Part shown: piece by piece, positions 62,154-64,000 of the stretch
Layout of the letters: every line of letters starts with the position of its first letter
Numbering within the stretch: position 1 is the first letter of the stretch
From: a bacterium
GTDB lineage: Bacteria > Patescibacteriota > Dojkabacteria > JAKAPS01 > JAJZLI01
DNA length: 64,000 bases
Assembly: GCA_021816845.1 (NCBI GenBank)
Contig: JAKAWT010000001.1
Location: forward strand, 326,087-390,086
Reading direction: 5' to 3'
Program-made: the position numbers and the translations under genes
Notes under the pieces: model-generated
Told to the model about the DNA's origin: nothing
The model's input: only the letters and a program-made list of their open reading frames with translations
The model's database searches: none

Positions 62154-63782
62154 ATGGCAAAAAAAGTAATATTAAACGAAGAGGCAAGAATAGCAATGAA
62201 AAGAGGAATTGATATACTTGCTGACTCTGTAAAAATAACATTAGGTCCAAAAGGAAGATTAGTTGCAATTGGTAAGAGTTATGGTTCTCCACAGGTAACT
62301 AAAGATGGTGTTACTGTAGCAAAAGAAATTGAACTTGAAGATGCTACTGAAAATGCGGGTGCAGCATTAATAAAAGAGGCTGCTGTAAAAACTGCTGATC
62401 TGGCTGGAGATGGGACTACTACTGCTACAATTCTAGCTCAGGCAATTATAAATGAGGGAACTAAAAATGTTGTAGCTGGAGCAAATCCTATGTCATTAAA
62501 AAGGGGTATTGAAAAAGGTGTTAAGCAAGTTATTGAAAATTTAAAAAAACAATCGAAAGCAATTTCAAATACAAAAGAAGGGTATTCTCAAGTTGCAACG
62601 ATATCAGCAAATAATGATATTGAAATAGGTAATCTTATTGCTGATGCAATGATAGAGGTTGGTAAAGATGGAGTTATTACAGTAGAGGATAGCCAAACAA
62701 TGAGTAATGGTATAGAGCGTGTCGAAGGTATGAATTTCGATAGAGGATATATCTCTCCATATTTTATTACAGATCAAGAAAGACAGGAAGTTGTTTTAGA
62801 AGATCCATATATACTTATTGCTGATTTGAAAGTTTCAGCAATAAAAGATCTTCTTCCTATAATAGAGAAAGTTGTAGCATCAGGTAAAAAAGAGATGTTG
62901 CTTATAGTAGAAGACCTTGATGGAGAAGCTTTAGCTACATTAATAGTTAATAAGTTGAGAGGTGTATTTAATATCGCAGCTGTCAAAGCCCCAGGTTTTG
63001 GAGATAGAAAGAAAGAGATACTTGAAGATATAGCTATTTTAACTGGGGGTAATGTTATCTCAGAAGAACTTGGAAGAAAGCTAGAGACATGTGAAATTGA
63101 AGACTTAGGTAAGGCTAGAAGAGTAACGATTAAAAAGGATGATACTACAATAGTAGATGGTGCTGGAGATGCTCCAGAACTTCGTGCAAGAGTTGATATG
63201 ATAAGAAAACAGATAAATGATGCAACTTCAGATTATGATAAAGAAAAATTACAAGAGAGAGTTGCAAAATTACAAGGAGGAGTAGCAGTACTAAAGGTAG
63301 GAGCTGCAACGGAAATAGAATTAAAGGAGAAAAAAGATAGGATAGAAGATGCTCTATCTGCAACTAGGGCTGCAGTAGAGGAAGGTATAGTTGCTGGAGG
63401 TGGTTTGGCTTTGTTTAACGCATCTAAAGTTTTAGATTCAATGAAATTTGAAGATGAGGATGAAAAGACTGGAGCTTTAATACTAAAAAGGGCATTAGCA
63501 TATCCAAGTAAACAGATTGCTATTAATTCAGGAGTTGAAGGAGAGGTAGTCGTAAGTCAAATAGGTGGAGAGAAAGGGTATAATGCAGCAACAGGAGAGT
63601 ATGTAAATATGATAGCTGCTGGTATTATAGACCCTGTTAAAGTATCTAGATTAGCTGTAGAGAATGCTGCATCAGTAGCAGGAATGTATCTTACAATAAA
63701 CGCAGTTGTTGTTGATTTACCAGAGAAAGAAGATAAAGGTTCTATGGGTGGAGGAATGGACGGTATGGGTGGTATGATGTAA
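62154..63782 (+). CDS. groEL: chaperonin GroEL
   Basis: It shows full-length Cpn60 hallmarks ([13 protein letters not shown]-like [13 protein letters not shown], GGGxALxxA) and a C-terminal GGM repeat tail ([11 protein letters not shown]). Confidence 0.95.
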   Translation: MAKKVILNEEARIAMKRGIDILADSVKITLGPKGRLVAIGKSYGSPQVTKDGVTVAKEIELEDATENAGAALIKEAAVKTADLAGDGTTTATILAQAIINEGTKNVVAGANPMSLKRGIEKGVKQVIENLKKQSKAISNTKEGYSQVATISANNDIEIGNLIADAMIEVGKDGVITVEDSQTMSNGIERVEGMNFDRGYISPYFITDQERQEVVLEDPYILIADLKVSAIKDLLPIIEKVVASGKKEMLLIVEDLDGEALATLIVNKLRGVFNIAAVKAPGFGDRKKEILEDIAILTGGNVISEELGRKLETCEIEDLGKARRVTIKKDDTTIVDGAGDAPELRARVDMIRKQINDATSDYDKEKLQERVAKLQGGVAVLKVGAATEIELKEKKDRIEDALSATRAAVEEGIVAGGGLALFNASKVLDSMKFEDEDEKTGALILKRALAYPSKQIAINSGVEGEVVVSQIGGEKGYNAATGEYVNMIAAGIIDPVKVSRLAVENAASVAGMYLTINAVVVDLPEKEDKGSMGGGMDGMGGMM

Positions 63783-63804
63783 TTACAAAATAAACCAAAA
63801 ATTG

Positions 63805-63837
63805 AAGGGGCCTATTAGAGGCTCCTTTTTTTATTTT
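63805..63837 (+). terminator. rho-independent terminator after groEL
   Basis: The stem aaGGGGCCT attag AGGCTCC is followed by TTTTTTTATTTT. Confidence 0.6.
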
Positions 63838-64000
63838 GAGTATTACAAAATTTATTTAGTTATATTACAATATTGCATATATCTAATATAAGTTGCTCTT
63901 AATAAATGATGTTCCATGGTAAAACAATATATGTTGAGTAATGAATTAAATGATATTTTCAGATTAAATATTTATAATCTATATAGAGCATATAATAATG

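Overview
This is an AT-rich (roughly 28-30% GC) bacterial segment that reads cleanly under the standard/bacterial code; TGA is used as a stop, including in ATGA start-stop overlaps. The gene content and style (valS, rplY, uppP, uppS, murJ, metK with an S-box riboswitch, archaeal-type bifunctional PGI/PMI, groESL, many low-complexity insertions in housekeeping proteins) are consistent with a small-genome, possibly CPR/Patescibacteria-like organism; this is inference only.

The window is dominated by a very large cell-envelope glycosylation locus (about 21.8-37.4 kb, 42.3-46.1 kb and 54.4-55.9 kb). It holds at least 9 GT2 and 6 GT4 glycosyltransferases, UDP-galactopyranose mutase (glf), an RfbA-like sugar-1-P nucleotidyltransferase, a SAM methyltransferase, two polyprenol-phosphate sugar synthase-like GT2s, two roughly 875-aa polytopic GT-C/YfhO-like membrane proteins, and a Wzm/Wzt ABC exporter at 7.4-9.4 kb.

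A block of secreted proteins lies at 10.5-19.9 kb: two C39-like peptidase-domain paralogs, an S8 subtilisin-like protease and a GH18-like protein that share an identical C-terminal repeat module, and one more secreted protein. Accessory content includes a MazE/AbrB-type antitoxin next to a Doc toxin gene whose Fic-like motif (intact form FIDGNKRTA) is frameshifted, a YD-repeat protein plus ParB-fold nuclease pair, a PD-(D/E)xK (HsdR_N-like) protein, two tandem paralogs of unknown family, and a T4CP/FtsK-like membrane ATPase plus Replic_Relax-like protein plus unknown protein module inserted among the glycosyltransferases.

The most unusual signal is a dispersed family of short tandem palindromic repeats with a strict 15-nt period: a 12-nt palindrome of the GGATCnnGATCC type followed by a 3-nt spacer, 2-4 units per site. 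There are at least 14 copies in 64 kb, in intergenic regions and, in frame, inside at least 10 unrelated CDSs, where they encode GSGS-, DPDP-, DLDP- or LVPRGL-type linkers.
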